Shown in pieces: positions 1 to 9,359 of a stretch of DNA of 64,000 nucleotides; positions within the stretch are counted from its first letter, which is position 1, and every line of letters begins with the position of its first letter. The translations under genes and the position numbers were made by a program. Source of the stretch: an uncultured bacterium (GTDB taxonomy: Bacteria; Verrucomicrobiota; Verrucomicrobiia; Limisphaerales; UBA8199); contig CAVVMW010000030.1 of the NCBI GenBank assembly GCA_963749495.1, positions 96,001 through 160,000 on the forward strand, in the 5' to 3' direction. Under the pieces are notes generated by a model. The model saw only the letters and a list, made by a program, of their open reading frames with translations, was not told the DNA's origin and ran no database searches.

Positions 1-602
1 CACGGGTCGGGGATGCCGTTGTTGACGACCACGATGCGGCGCGCAAAGAGCTTCTCGGCATCGGCCTGGTTGAATTTCGAGAGCACGATGCTCAGGTCCA
101 CCTGTTTCATCAGCCGGTAAGTCATCGAGCGGGAGCGGAGCTGGACGACTGTCTCGAGCCACTTGGCCAGCCCGGCGGCGTGCCAATGGAGGATGATGCG
201 CCGGAAGAACGGCCGGCACAGCAGCATCACCAGCCAGTCCCGATACAGCGCCGAACGTTTGCCCGGCGCGGGGATGTAATAGAGTGTGCTCACCCCGTAG
301 CGAAAGCGGCACCAGATGGCCTGCGCACAGTACCCGAGCAGCAGGAGGAACTTGCCCACGCGGAAATCGCCGATGTCCTCCAATTTCTGGGAGAGGCGCG
401 CGTTGACGTGGTAGCACCGGATGCCCAGCAGCCTCTGGCCGGGGGCGGTCGCGACGTCGCCCTGCTGCGGGCCATCCGGGCGGCGGGTGGAACGCCGCCG
501 CGGCGCCCGACAGTCGCCGCCGAAGCCCGCCAGCATGAGCTGCACCATGTAGCTCTGCCCATGGAGCGGCGGCGGCGTGTGCGCAAATACCAACAGCTTC
601 AT
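1..602 (-). CDS. GT4-family glycosyltransferase, N-terminal part (runs off the window)
   Basis: Manual translation from ATG at 602: MKLLVFAHTPPPLHGQSYMVQLML...IILHWHAAG...IVVVNNGIPDP; GT-B/GT4-like N-terminal motifs; adjacent to a WecB/TagA gene. Confidence 0.75.
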   Translation of the reverse strand, partial: MKLLVFAHTPPPLHGQSYMVQLMLAGFGGDCRAPRRRSTRRPDGPQQGDVATAPGQRLLGIRCYHVNARLSQKLEDIGDFRVGKFLLLLGYCAQAIWCRFRYGVSTLYYIPAPGKRSALYRDWLVMLLCRPFFRRIILHWHAAGLAKWLETVVQLRSRSMTYRLMKQVDLSIVLSKFNQADAEKLFARRIVVVNNGIPDP

Positions 603-720
603 TCAAGCAACCCTCGAGCAGGATTGATCCCGCACTCGGTTTTGAACATGATGCTCGTGTCTCAACGGTTTGGCGATGACAAATCGGCCGGGAATTGAGC
701 GTGCCAGGAATGCCTCGCAC

Positions 721-905
721 CGCGTAGCGGTCCTCGAAGGTAGCCGTGGACCTTTAGTCCATGATCTGCCGAGCGACGGTCACCCGCGTCGCGTAGCGAC
801 GCCTGAAGCACAATCAGGCGCCGCTGCGCGACGCGCCGCAATCTCATCGCCTGAACACCGTGGACTGGAAGTCCACGGCTACCTTCACAGTGTCGCTACG
901 CGACA
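721..905. repeat. Nested palindromic REP-like element, family A (CGTCGCGTAGCGACG / GTAGCCGTGGAC...GTCCACGGCTAC)
   Basis: Inverted GAAGGTAGCCGTGGAC...GTCCACGGCTACCTTC with inner CGCGTAGCGACGCCTGA/TCAGGCG arms; second copy at 4434-4648. Confidence 0.85.
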
Positions 906-917
906 CGGGCGGAGCAC

Positions 918-1721
918 ATGATTCCCCGCACCCAGACCTCTGTTACAGCAGTAGGCCCCCCGGCGCGCGTGAACGTTCTGGGTGTGGGTATCAGCGCGAT
1001 CAACCTGGATTCGGCAGTCGCGGCCATCGGCCAGGCCCTCCAACAGCGGACTCGAGGTTATATCTGCGTCACGGGCGTGCATGGAGTCACCGAGGCGCGG
1101 AACGACCCGGCCTTTCGCAGTATCCTCAACGGCGCCTTCCTCAACACCCCGGACGGGATGCCCATGGTCTGGATGGGGCGGCTGCAGGGCTTCCGCGACA
1201 TCCGGAGGGTTTATGGCCCAGACCTGATGTTGCGGGTCTGTGAATATGCCCGCTCTCTAGGCCTGACTCACTTCCTCTATGGCGGCGCGCCCGGCGTGGC
1301 CGAGGACCTCAAGGTCCGCCTGGAAGGGCGGTTCCCGGGGCTCCGGATCATCGGGACCTGCACCCCGCCGTTCCGGCCGCTCACCCAGGTCGAAGAGCAA
1401 GACCTCGAACGCCGGGTCAATGCCCTGCGGCCGGACATTTTCTGGGTGGGGCTCAGCACGCCCAAGCAGGAGAAGTTCATGGCCCAGCATTGGCAACGGC
1501 TCCAGGCCACTCTGTTCCTGGGCGTGGGCGCGGCCTTCGATTTCCACTCCGGCCGAGCGCGGCAGGCCCCGCGCTGGATGCAGCGGGGCGGCCTGGAGTG
1601 GCTCTTCCGCCTCGGCTGCGAGCCCCGCCGGCTCTGGAAACGCTACCTCAAAAACAATCCCTTGTTCCTCGCCCGCGCCTTCCTCCAGCTCACAAGGATG
1701 CGCCGGTACACGCTGGATTGA
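918..1721 (+). CDS. WecB/TagA/CpsF family glycosyltransferase
   Basis: PDGMPMVW, RVYGPDL, WVGLSTPKQE, GVGAAFDF and GLEWLFRL motifs. Confidence 0.95.
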   Translation: MIPRTQTSVTAVGPPARVNVLGVGISAINLDSAVAAIGQALQQRTRGYICVTGVHGVTEARNDPAFRSILNGAFLNTPDGMPMVWMGRLQGFRDIRRVYGPDLMLRVCEYARSLGLTHFLYGGAPGVAEDLKVRLEGRFPGLRIIGTCTPPFRPLTQVEEQDLERRVNALRPDIFWVGLSTPKQEKFMAQHWQRLQATLFLGVGAAFDFHSGRARQAPRWMQRGGLEWLFRLGCEPRRLWKRYLKNNPLFLARAFLQLTRMRRYTLD

Positions 1722-2496
1722 GGGAAATGGAGAGGGCCGAAGGCCCTGAGGAGGCCTGCCAAACCAACCGCAGGCCCTCGAGCGTCAACAGGGGCTCGAT
1801 TGCGGTGATCTCGGGCAATTTGCCGGCGATGAGTTGGGCGTAGCCGCCGGTGGCGATGACCGGGAGACGGCGGGCCTGGAGTTCGCGTTTCAACTCGTGG
1901 ATCAACTCGCGAACCAGGCCGCGATAGCCGTGCACGGCGCCGACGAGCATGGCCTGCTCGGTGCTTTTGCCAATGGCGCCGCTGATCTCGCGGATGCGGA
2001 TTCGCGGCAGGAGGGCCGTCTTCTCGTGCAGGTAATCGGTCATGGCCGCCAGGCCCGGGGCGATGATGCCGCCGACATAATTGCCGGCCCGATCCACCAC
2101 GTCGAAGGTCACGGCGGTGCCGAAATCCACGACCACCGCCGGTGCGCCGAAGATGTGCCTGGCAGCAACGGCGTTGGCGAGGCGGTCCGCGCCGATGGTC
2201 TGCGGCTTGGGATAATCGAGGCCGATGCCGAGCACGGTCCTGGCGGTCAGTTCCAGGCAAGGCACGCGCCAGCGCCGTTCGGCCGCGCGGCGGATGCATG
2301 GCGTCACCCCCGGCACGACGCTGCAGAAGGCCGCCGCCTGGAGCCGCGTCCGCCCCGCAAAGGCCGCCACTCGGGCCTCGGCGCTCCCGTCCAGCCACGC
2401 GGCCGTCGGGATGTTGGCCTGTCTGACAACGCGCATCGAGTTGGCCAACCCGAGGTGCGTGTTGGTGTTGCCGATGTCAAGAAGCAGAATCATCAT
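1690..2496 (-). CDS. coaX: Type III pantothenate kinase
   Basis: LLDIGNTN, GADR, VDFGTAVTFD, GGIIAPG and ATGG motifs; ATGA overlap with the birA stop. Confidence 0.95.
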   Translation of the reverse strand: MMILLLDIGNTNTHLGLANSMRVVRQANIPTAAWLDGSAEARVAAFAGRTRLQAAAFCSVVPGVTPCIRRAAERRWRVPCLELTARTVLGIGLDYPKPQTIGADRLANAVAARHIFGAPAVVVDFGTAVTFDVVDRAGNYVGGIIAPGLAAMTDYLHEKTALLPRIRIREISGAIGKSTEQAMLVGAVHGYRGLVRELIHELKRELQARRLPVIATGGYAQLIAGKLPEITAIEPLLTLEGLRLVWQASSGPSALSISLNPACTGASL

Positions 2497-3473
2497 TTCT
2501 CCAGGGTCACGTCCCCTCCGATGATGCGTTCGAGGTGGCCGTGTTCGGTGCGCAGGAGCAGGGCGCCGTCTTCGCCCAATGCTTCGGCGCGGCCGCGGAT
2601 CTGCCGCTCGCCCACACGAATGGAGACGTTGCGGCCTATGGTCGTGCAGTGTTTCTCCCATTCGTCCGCGACATCGGAAAAACGCCCGGCAGTGACGCGC
2701 GCGTAATCCTCGTCCAGCTCGCGGAGGATGGCCACAGCAAGGTGGGAACGAGCCAGCGGTTTGCCCAGCTCGGCCTTCAGGGAAGTTGCCTGGCCCCGCA
2801 GTTCGGCGGGGAAATCCGAGGCGCTCATGTTCACATCCACGCCGATGCCCAGAATGACGTATTTGATGCGGTCCAGCTCGGCGTTCAGTTCGGTCAGGAT
2901 GCCGGCGGCTTTCCGGCCGTGAACCAGGATGTCGTTGGGCCACTTGATTTCGGGTTCGATGCCGGTCACGGACTGGATGGCGCGCCGCAGGGCCGTGGCT
3001 GAGGCCACCGTGAGGCGGGTGGCGTCCAGCGGGCGCAGGTTGGGCCGGAGCAGGACCGAGAGCCAGAGTCCCTTCCGGGCCGGCGAGAGCCACTTGCGTC
3101 CCAGGCGCCCCCGGCCCCGGCTCTGCGATTCCGCAAAGACCACCACGCCCTCTTTGACGCCGTCGCGGGCGAGCTTCTCGACCACGTCGTTGGTCGAGGT
3201 GGTGGACTGGAAGACGCGGATGTCGCGTCCGATTACGCGCGTCGCGCCCAGGCAGGAGACCAGGTCGTCGGCGTGCAGCAGGTCCGGGGCGCCCAGCAAA
3301 CGGTAGCCGTGGTGGGGGCTGGCCTCGATGTCGTAGCCCAGGGAACGGAGTTCCTCGATGCGGGCCCAAATCGCGGCGCGGCTCACGCCCAGGTCCTGGG
3401 AGAGCGCCGCCCCCGAGATCGAGCCGCTCCCGGCCCCGCGCAGGGCCTTGAGGATCTGCACGTCAAGATTCAT
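2493..3473 (-). CDS. birA: Bifunctional biotin-protein ligase / repressor
   Basis: N-terminal HTH (SGAALSQDLGVSRAAIW), STN, GRGRLGRKW and KWPND motifs. Confidence 0.96.
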   Translation of the reverse strand: MNLDVQILKALRGAGSGSISGAALSQDLGVSRAAIWARIEELRSLGYDIEASPHHGYRLLGAPDLLHADDLVSCLGATRVIGRDIRVFQSTTSTNDVVEKLARDGVKEGVVVFAESQSRGRGRLGRKWLSPARKGLWLSVLLRPNLRPLDATRLTVASATALRRAIQSVTGIEPEIKWPNDILVHGRKAAGILTELNAELDRIKYVILGIGVDVNMSASDFPAELRGQATSLKAELGKPLARSHLAVAILRELDEDYARVTAGRFSDVADEWEKHCTTIGRNVSIRVGERQIRGRAEALGEDGALLLRTEHGHLERIIGGDVTLEK

Positions 3474-4330
3474 GGCTCAGGCAAAAAATCCAGCCCGATG
3501 TCCACCGCCCGCGCCGAATGTGTCAGCGCGCCGACCGAGATGAAGTCCACGCCGGCCTCGGCAATGGCGCGAACTGTCTCGAGGTGAATGCCGCCGCTGG
3601 CCTCGGTGAGCACGCGTCCGGCGCATTTGCGGACGGCCTGGCCCAACTGGACGGGCTCCATGTTGTCGAGCAGGATGAAGTCGGCGCCCGCCTCCAGCGC
3701 CTGGTCCACCTGTTCGAGCGTGTCGGCCTCGACTTCGATCTTGAGTTGAGGGTAGGCCGAGCGGGCGCGCTGCACGGCGGCGGCGATCGGGTTGGGCAGC
3801 TCGTGCCGGAGCGCGGCCAGGTGGTTGTCCTTGATGAGGACCATGTCGTAGAGGCCGAGCCGATGGTTGCGCCCGCCGCCGCAGGTGACGGCGTATTTTT
3901 CGAGGCGCCGCCAGCCCGGGGTGGTCTTGCGCGTATCCAGGATTTGCGCCCGCGTGCCGCGGACCGCCTCGACGAACCGGGCGGTGAGCGAGGCGATGCC
4001 GGAAAGGCGCTGGACGAAATTGAGGGCCACCCGCTCGGCGCCCAGCAAGGCGCGCGCGGGCCCGGCAGCCTCGAGCATAGTCCGGCCGGCGGACACGCTG
4101 TATCCGTCCTGCACGGCGCGGGTCAGGCGCACCCGGGCGTCCAGTTCGCAAAAGGCCGCCTCGGCCAGGGCCAACCCGGCGACCACCAGCGATTCGCGCG
4201 GCCGCATGGCCGCCCGGGCCGTCGCCTCGGCCGGCACGGTCGCCAGGCTGGTGGCATCCCCGCTGCCGGTGTCCTCGGCCAGCGCCAACTGCACCGCGCG
4301 GCGGAGTTCCTCGGCGGTCAACGGTTCCAT
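3470..4330 (-). CDS. nadC: Nicotinate-nucleotide pyrophosphorylase (quinolinate phosphoribosyltransferase)
   Basis: DTRKTTPG, HRLGLYD, IKDNH, LLDNM and EASGG motifs; start taken at MEPLTAEE. Confidence 0.96.
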   Translation of the reverse strand: MEPLTAEELRRAVQLALAEDTGSGDATSLATVPAEATARAAMRPRESLVVAGLALAEAAFCELDARVRLTRAVQDGYSVSAGRTMLEAAGPARALLGAERVALNFVQRLSGIASLTARFVEAVRGTRAQILDTRKTTPGWRRLEKYAVTCGGGRNHRLGLYDMVLIKDNHLAALRHELPNPIAAAVQRARSAYPQLKIEVEADTLEQVDQALEAGADFILLDNMEPVQLGQAVRKCAGRVLTEASGGIHLETVRAIAEAGVDFISVGALTHSARAVDIGLDFLPEP

Positions 4331-4433
4331 GAGCGCAAAGATGGCGCAAAAGCAGAAAAAACAAAGGGCAAAATCCAACCGATGGAAGGCAGAAAAATGG
4401 GGGCAGAAAAATGAAGGCCAGACACCCCGAAGG

Positions 4434-4648
4434 CGTCGCGTAGCGACAAAGTGACGGTAGCCGTGGACCTCGGTCCACGGTTTACGGGGCGGGACCGGAT
4501 GGGCGTCGCGTAGTGACGCCTGACAGGTTGGGGCTGGCAGATGGAGGCTCTTTTTCAGGCGTCGCTACGCGACGCGGGTGAGGTTGGGCCATGGGTCCGT
4601 GGACTGGAAGTCCACGGCTACCGTCAGCCACCGCTACGCGGTGACGGA
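4434..4648. repeat. Nested palindromic REP-like element, family A (second copy)
   Basis: Same motifs as 721-905 (cgtcgcgtagcgac, gtagccgtggac, ccgtggactggaagtccacggctac) with different spacers. Confidence 0.85.
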
Positions 4649-4664
4649 AGGGGCCGGCACGGAC

Positions 4665-4729
4665 AGTCGCGGGATCCAGCTTCTTTGGACGTCCGACCTC
4701 GCTGTCGGTGCGAGGATGAAGGCGCTCAT
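4665..4729 (-). pseudogene. ParE/RelE-like toxin N-terminal relic
   Basis: ATG overlapping the aminopeptidase stop (ATGA) gives MSAFILAPTARSDVQRSW, resembling ParE N-termini; similarity is lost just before the REP element. Confidence 0.5.
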
Positions 4730-6138
4730 TTCTTGCTCCGGGCGCGAGAAGTTCGGCTCATGGCTTTGAGCTCCGCTTCGACCTCATCCCCGGGGGTGCC
4801 TTCGCCGCGATCCAATTCGTCGAGGCCCTGCTGGATCTTGGCCCTGACCTCCTTGCCGCGCATCAACTCCTCGACCGCGCCGGCCTCGATCGGGATGTCG
4901 GCCATGAGGTCGAGGTTGCCGCCTTCCTGCACGAGGATGTCGTTTTCGAGGCGGACGGCCAGGCCTTCGCCGGGCAGGTAGATCGCGGGTTCGACGGTGA
5001 GGACCCAGCCGGGCTGGATCGGCTCGGTGGTCAGGCCGACGTCATGGACGTCGAGGCCGATCGGGTGGCCGACTCCGTGCATGAAGTATTTCTTGAGGGC
5101 GGGCTTGTCGGGGTCCTGTTTGCGGACAGCAGAGGGCTTGAGCAGGCCCAGCTCGAGCAACTCCTGCTGCATGAAGGCCTCGGCGTCCTTTTGCCACTGT
5201 TTGGGCAGCTTGCCGGGCGTGGCGGCCTTCGAGGCGGCGCGGAAGACGCGCAGGACGGCGTTATAGACCTGGCGCTGGCGGCGGGTGAAGCGTCCGCCAA
5301 CCGGGATGGTGCGGGTCAAGTCGGAGTTGTAATTGGCATAATTGGCGGCGACGTCCAGCAGGAGCAGGTCGCCTCTGCGGCAGGGTTTGTCGTTGGACAG
5401 GTAGTGCAGCACGCAGGCGTTTTTGCCGCTGGCGATGATCGGGGTATAGGCGAATCCGCCGCCGCGCCGGATGAATTCGTGGGCGAATTCGGCCTCGACT
5501 TCGGTCTCGCTGACGCCGGGTTTGACGAAGCGGCAGACCCTGAAGAAACCGGCCTTGGTGATCTGGCAGGCTTCTTTGATCAGCTCGAGTTCAAAGTCGG
5601 ACTTGACGATGCGCAGCCGGTGCATGAGCCGGGCCAGGCGCTGGTAATCGTGCAGGGGGTAACGCGCCTGGGTGTCTCTGACGAACCGGGCGTCGCGGGT
5701 CTCGACCTCGACCACCGCCCGCTTGTGCTCGTTGGCATTGAGATAGACGTGCTCGCACTCGCACATCAACCGGTGGAAGAGCGGACGGAACTCGTCCAGC
5801 CACTCGACGCGTTTGATGCCGGAGATGGCGGCGGCCTCTTCCTTGGTGAGCTTATGGCCCTCCCAAGTGACAATGAGGTCGTTGGTCTCGCGAACGAACA
5901 GGATCTCGCGCATGTTCTCCTCGTGCGCCTCGGGATAGAGGAGCAGGATCGTCTCCTCCTGGTCGATGCCCGTGAGGTAAAACAGGTCCGAGTTCGGGCA
6001 TAGCCGCAGCGAGCCGTCGGCATTGGTTGGGAGGACATCGTTGGCGTTGAGGACCGCGAGCGAATTGGAGAGCATCAGCTTCCGGAGGTTCGCGCGGTGA
6101 TTGACGAACATCTGCGGGTCTAGGGGATGATAGCGCAT
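4726..6138 (-). CDS. pepP: Xaa-Pro aminopeptidase (M24B) with a ParD-like C-terminal extension
   Basis: SDLFYLTG, LLLDVAA, SDLTRTIP, HGVGHPIGLDVHD, TVEPAIY and VRLENDI motifs. Confidence 0.92.
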   Translation of the reverse strand: MRYHPLDPQMFVNHRANLRKLMLSNSLAVLNANDVLPTNADGSLRLCPNSDLFYLTGIDQEETILLLYPEAHEENMREILFVRETNDLIVTWEGHKLTKEEAAAISGIKRVEWLDEFRPLFHRLMCECEHVYLNANEHKRAVVEVETRDARFVRDTQARYPLHDYQRLARLMHRLRIVKSDFELELIKEACQITKAGFFRVCRFVKPGVSETEVEAEFAHEFIRRGGGFAYTPIIASGKNACVLHYLSNDKPCRRGDLLLLDVAANYANYNSDLTRTIPVGGRFTRRQRQVYNAVLRVFRAASKAATPGKLPKQWQKDAEAFMQQELLELGLLKPSAVRKQDPDKPALKKYFMHGVGHPIGLDVHDVGLTTEPIQPGWVLTVEPAIYLPGEGLAVRLENDILVQEGGNLDLMADIPIEAGAVEELMRGKEVRAKIQQGLDELDRGEGTPGDEVEAELKAMSRTSRARSKK

Positions 6139-6180
6139 GGTCGGAAGGGGGTTAAATCGAGGCACGCAACATTGGCACAA

Positions 6181-6260
6181 CCTTTGTCGCAGCCTTTGTC
6201 GCCTCCTTTGTCGAGAACTGGCGGGTTCGACAAGGGCCGCGACAAAGGCTGCGACGAAGG
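6181..6260. repeat. 12-bp-period inverted repeat (CCTTTGTCG x3 ... CGACAAAGG x3)
   Basis: Seen directly; related copies at 30197-30268 and 42902-42993. Confidence 0.8.
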
Positions 6261-6315
6261 TCCAAAACCCGCATGGGTGCGCCACTGTCGCTTGTTCCGG
6301 TTTGGATCGCAGCCT

Positions 6316-8925
6316 TCACAGGCTGTTGTGTTCCGTTCGGGTGATGATCTCGTTCTGGAGTTCGGTGGAGAGATCACAGAAATAGTCGCTGTAGCCGGCG
6401 ACGCGGACGATGAGGTCGCGATGTTGCTCGGGTTTGGCCTGGGCCTGCCTCAAGGTGTCTGCGGTCACGACGTTGAACTGGACATGGTGCCCATCCATGC
6501 GGAAGTAACCGCGCACCAGGTGGGCCCACTTGTCGAGTCCGTCCTCACCGGCCACCAGGCCCGGGGTCAATTTCATGTTCAGCAAGGTCCCGCCGGTCTT
6601 GACATGATCCATCTTGGCTGCGCTCTTGAAGACGGCGGTGGGGCCGTGGCGGTCGGCGCCCTGGACGGGGCTGATGCCTTCGGAGACGGGCAAGCCGGCC
6701 TTTCGGCCGTCGGGCATGGCGCCGACCACGCTCCCGAAATAGATGTGGCAGGTGGTCGGCAGCATCTCGACGCGGTAGCGCCCGCCACGGGCGTCGGGCC
6801 GGCCGTCCACCTCCTCGAAACAGGCGTTGAAGACCCGGCGCATGAGGTCGTCGGCGTAGTCATCGTCATTGCCGTACTTGCGGGCGCGGTGGACCAGGCG
6901 CTGGCGCAGAACCTCCTGGCCGGCGAAGTCCCCATCCAGCACCGAGACCAACCGGCCGAGCGAGAGCCGTGCCGGGCGCGCATCCGTTTTCGGCGTCTCG
7001 CCACGATGGGTTGCCGCTGGCCCCTCACCCCGGCCCTCTCCCCATCGGATGGGGAGAGGGTGCAGCGCTGCCTGGCTAACGGCAGGTCCTGCGCGCTCCG
7101 GCTTGTCGATAGACGGCCAACACTCCTCCCTCTCCCCATCCGATGGGGAGAGGGCCGGGGTGAGGGGAAGCCCGGCGTCCAGCGGGCGGCAACTGTCCGA
7201 GTACCGAGGCGAGCTCTCCGACTCGACAAAGCAGAACTCCTTGATGGCCGCCAGGCAATCGGTGATGCTGCCCAGGCCGACCATCTGGATGAAGGTGTTG
7301 TTGTAGCGCGCCCCGCCGGCGTTGTAATCGCGGCCGTTGGCGATGCAGTCATCGATCAAAACGCTCAGGAACGGCGCAGGCATCTGGCCGACGTACATCC
7401 GCTCGATGAGCCGGCTGCCGCGGATCTTGAGGCGGATGAAGTGGCGCAGTTGCGCGCGCCAGGCGGCGAAGATGCCCTCGAAGTCCCGGAACGAATCGGC
7501 CGGCCCGGTCTGCGGGCCCAACTGCTTGCCGGTCCGCGGGTCCAACCCGTCGTGCAGGGCCAGTTCCAGGACTTTGACCAGGTTGAAGTAGCCGGTGAGG
7601 ATATAGGCCTCTTTGCCGAAGGCGCCGACCTCGACGCAGCCGCTGCAACCGCCGGCGCGGGCGTCTTCGAGCGATTTGCCCTGGCGCAGTTGCTCGGCCA
7701 CGACGGTGTCGGCGTTGAAGATCGAGGGGAAGCCGTAACCGCGGCTCACCACGCGCAAGGCGTGTTTGAGCAATGCCCCGGGGCTCTTGCGCGAGAGTTG
7801 GATGTTGCTGCTGGGCTGGAGCAGGTGCATCTCCTCCACGATGTCCAGCAGCAGGTGCGAGAGTGGGTTCGAGCCGTCCGAGCCGTCGCGGAGCAGGCCG
7901 CCCAGGTTGATGTTGGCGAAATCGGTGTAGGTGCCGCTCTCGGCGGCGGTGACGCCGACCTTGGGTGGCGCGGGATGGTTGTTGAACTTGATGAAGAAGC
8001 ACTCGAGCAGCTCGCGGGCGGACTCCAGGGTGAGCGTCCCCTGGGCCAGGCCCCGCTCGAAGAAGGGCAGCAGGTGCTGATCCAGGTGGCCCGGGTTGAA
8101 GGAATCCCACCCGTTCAACTCGGTGATGACGGCCAGGTGGCAGAACCAGTAGTATTGGAGGGCCTCGTGAAAATCGCGCGGCGCATGGAGGGGAACCCGG
8201 TTGCAGACCTCGGCTATCCTGAGCAGTTCGGCGCGCCGCGGCGGGCGCGTCTCCACGCCGGCCAGTTCGGCGGCCAGGGCGGCGTGGCGCTGGGCGAAGA
8301 GGATCAGGGCGTCGCACGAGAGATCGAAGGACTTGAGCGCCTCGCGTTTCTCGTAGGCCCCGGGGTCTTCAAGGAAATCGAGCCGGGCCATGGCTTCGGC
8401 TATCGCCTGTTTGAAATCGAGCATGCCCTTGGAATAGATCTTGTCGTCCAGGACCGTGTGGCCCGGGGCGCGCTGCTCCATGAACTCGGTGAAGACCCCG
8501 GCCTCGTAGGCCTCCTTCCATTCGGGCGGCAGTTCGGCGAACATGCGGTCGCGCATCGAGCGCCCGCGCCAATAAGGGATGATCGTCTGCTCGTAAAGCT
8601 TGAAGGTCTCGGCATCGACCCGGTACGAGGTCTTGGGCCGCGAATCCAGGATGCGGAGGTCCTCCAGGCTATGGCAGGTCAACTCGGGAAACGTGGGCAC
8701 CGCCTTGGGCCGTGGCCCGCGCTCGCCCACGATCAGTTCGTCTTCGCCGACGTGAATGGTCCTGTGCCGGCAGAGGTGCAGGAAGGCCAGCGCCCGCATG
8801 ACCGGGGCGGAGTGGCGTCCCTCGTTGGCCTGGTAGAATTCGGTCATGAGCCTGGCCCGTTCGCCCGATATGGCCGGGACCGCATCGAGGCTCTGGCGCC
8901 GGAGTCTGGCAGTGCGCTCGTTCAT
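6316..8925 (-). CDS. hypD: Glycyl radical enzyme, trans-4-hydroxy-L-proline dehydratase-like, with an in-frame palindromic insertion
   Basis: EFMEQRAPGHTV, WDSFNPG, PPKVG..ESGTYTDFAN, SGCVE, MLPTTCH and RVAGYS motifs match HypD as I recall it; start MNERTARLR. Confidence 0.88.
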   Translation of the reverse strand: MNERTARLRRQSLDAVPAISGERARLMTEFYQANEGRHSAPVMRALAFLHLCRHRTIHVGEDELIVGERGPRPKAVPTFPELTCHSLEDLRILDSRPKTSYRVDAETFKLYEQTIIPYWRGRSMRDRMFAELPPEWKEAYEAGVFTEFMEQRAPGHTVLDDKIYSKGMLDFKQAIAEAMARLDFLEDPGAYEKREALKSFDLSCDALILFAQRHAALAAELAGVETRPPRRAELLRIAEVCNRVPLHAPRDFHEALQYYWFCHLAVITELNGWDSFNPGHLDQHLLPFFERGLAQGTLTLESARELLECFFIKFNNHPAPPKVGVTAAESGTYTDFANINLGGLLRDGSDGSNPLSHLLLDIVEEMHLLQPSSNIQLSRKSPGALLKHALRVVSRGYGFPSIFNADTVVAEQLRQGKSLEDARAGGCSGCVEVGAFGKEAYILTGYFNLVKVLELALHDGLDPRTGKQLGPQTGPADSFRDFEGIFAAWRAQLRHFIRLKIRGSRLIERMYVGQMPAPFLSVLIDDCIANGRDYNAGGARYNNTFIQMVGLGSITDCLAAIKEFCFVESESSPRYSDSCRPLDAGLPLTPALSPSDGEREECWPSIDKPERAGPAVSQAALHPLPIRWGEGRGEGPAATHRGETPKTDARPARLSLGRLVSVLDGDFAGQEVLRQRLVHRARKYGNDDDYADDLMRRVFNACFEEVDGRPDARGGRYRVEMLPTTCHIYFGSVVGAMPDGRKAGLPVSEGISPVQGADRHGPTAVFKSAAKMDHVKTGGTLLNMKLTPGLVAGEDGLDKWAHLVRGYFRMDGHHVQFNVVTADTLRQAQAKPEQHRDLIVRVAGYSDYFCDLSTELQNEIITRTEHNSL
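7021..7167. repeat. Palindromic element (40-bp perfect inverted repeats CCCCTCACCCCGGCCCTCTCCCCATCGGATGGGGAGAGGG) inside hypD
   Basis: 7021-7060 is the exact reverse complement of 7128-7167. Confidence 0.92.
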
Positions 8926-9119
8926 CAGTTCAGTGAGTTCAGTCCATCTTGCGCGTACTGGCCAGTGTAATACAACCGGGCGCGGCGCGGCTACACCAAA
9001 AACGAAGACAAAATCATGAACGAAAACCCCCGGGAAAGGCAAAATCATTGCTGGCAGAATCATGGGCGGAATCAGCGGGGCGGGACTCCGTTCCGCACAG
9101 AGGCAGTGCCGGCATGCGA

Positions 9120-9225
9120 CCCAGGGCCGAAGGCCCGTCATGCGATAGCCCGGGCTGGAGCGAAGCGGAGGCCCGGGTACGCCAGCACCCCGTGAGAATA
9201 GCCCGGCCTGTAAGGCCGGGACATT
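9120..9225. repeat. REP-like element, family B (GGGCCGAAGGCCC / ATAGCCCGGGCTGGAGCGAAGCGGAGGCCCGGG)
   Basis: ~55 bp nearly identical to 41558-41615. Confidence 0.8.
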
Positions 9226-9359
9226 ATGGCTCGTCATTGCCCACATCTTTTCACCGATCCTATCAGTTGCTCTTCTGGGCGGGCGGGAGAAATGCCTGAG
9301 GAGCAGCCCAGTTTAGCCTCCAAAGGCGCCCTTCATACCAGCCGGCGGCAACGCCCGGC

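Noticed and set aside
6968..7221. Intein or self-splicing intron in hypD
   Set aside because: No intein terminal His-Asn/Cys motifs or group I/II intron features; it is explained by a DNA inverted repeat
6127..8970. 947-aa plus-strand ORF
   Set aside because: Antisense shadow of hypD in GC-rich DNA; no motifs
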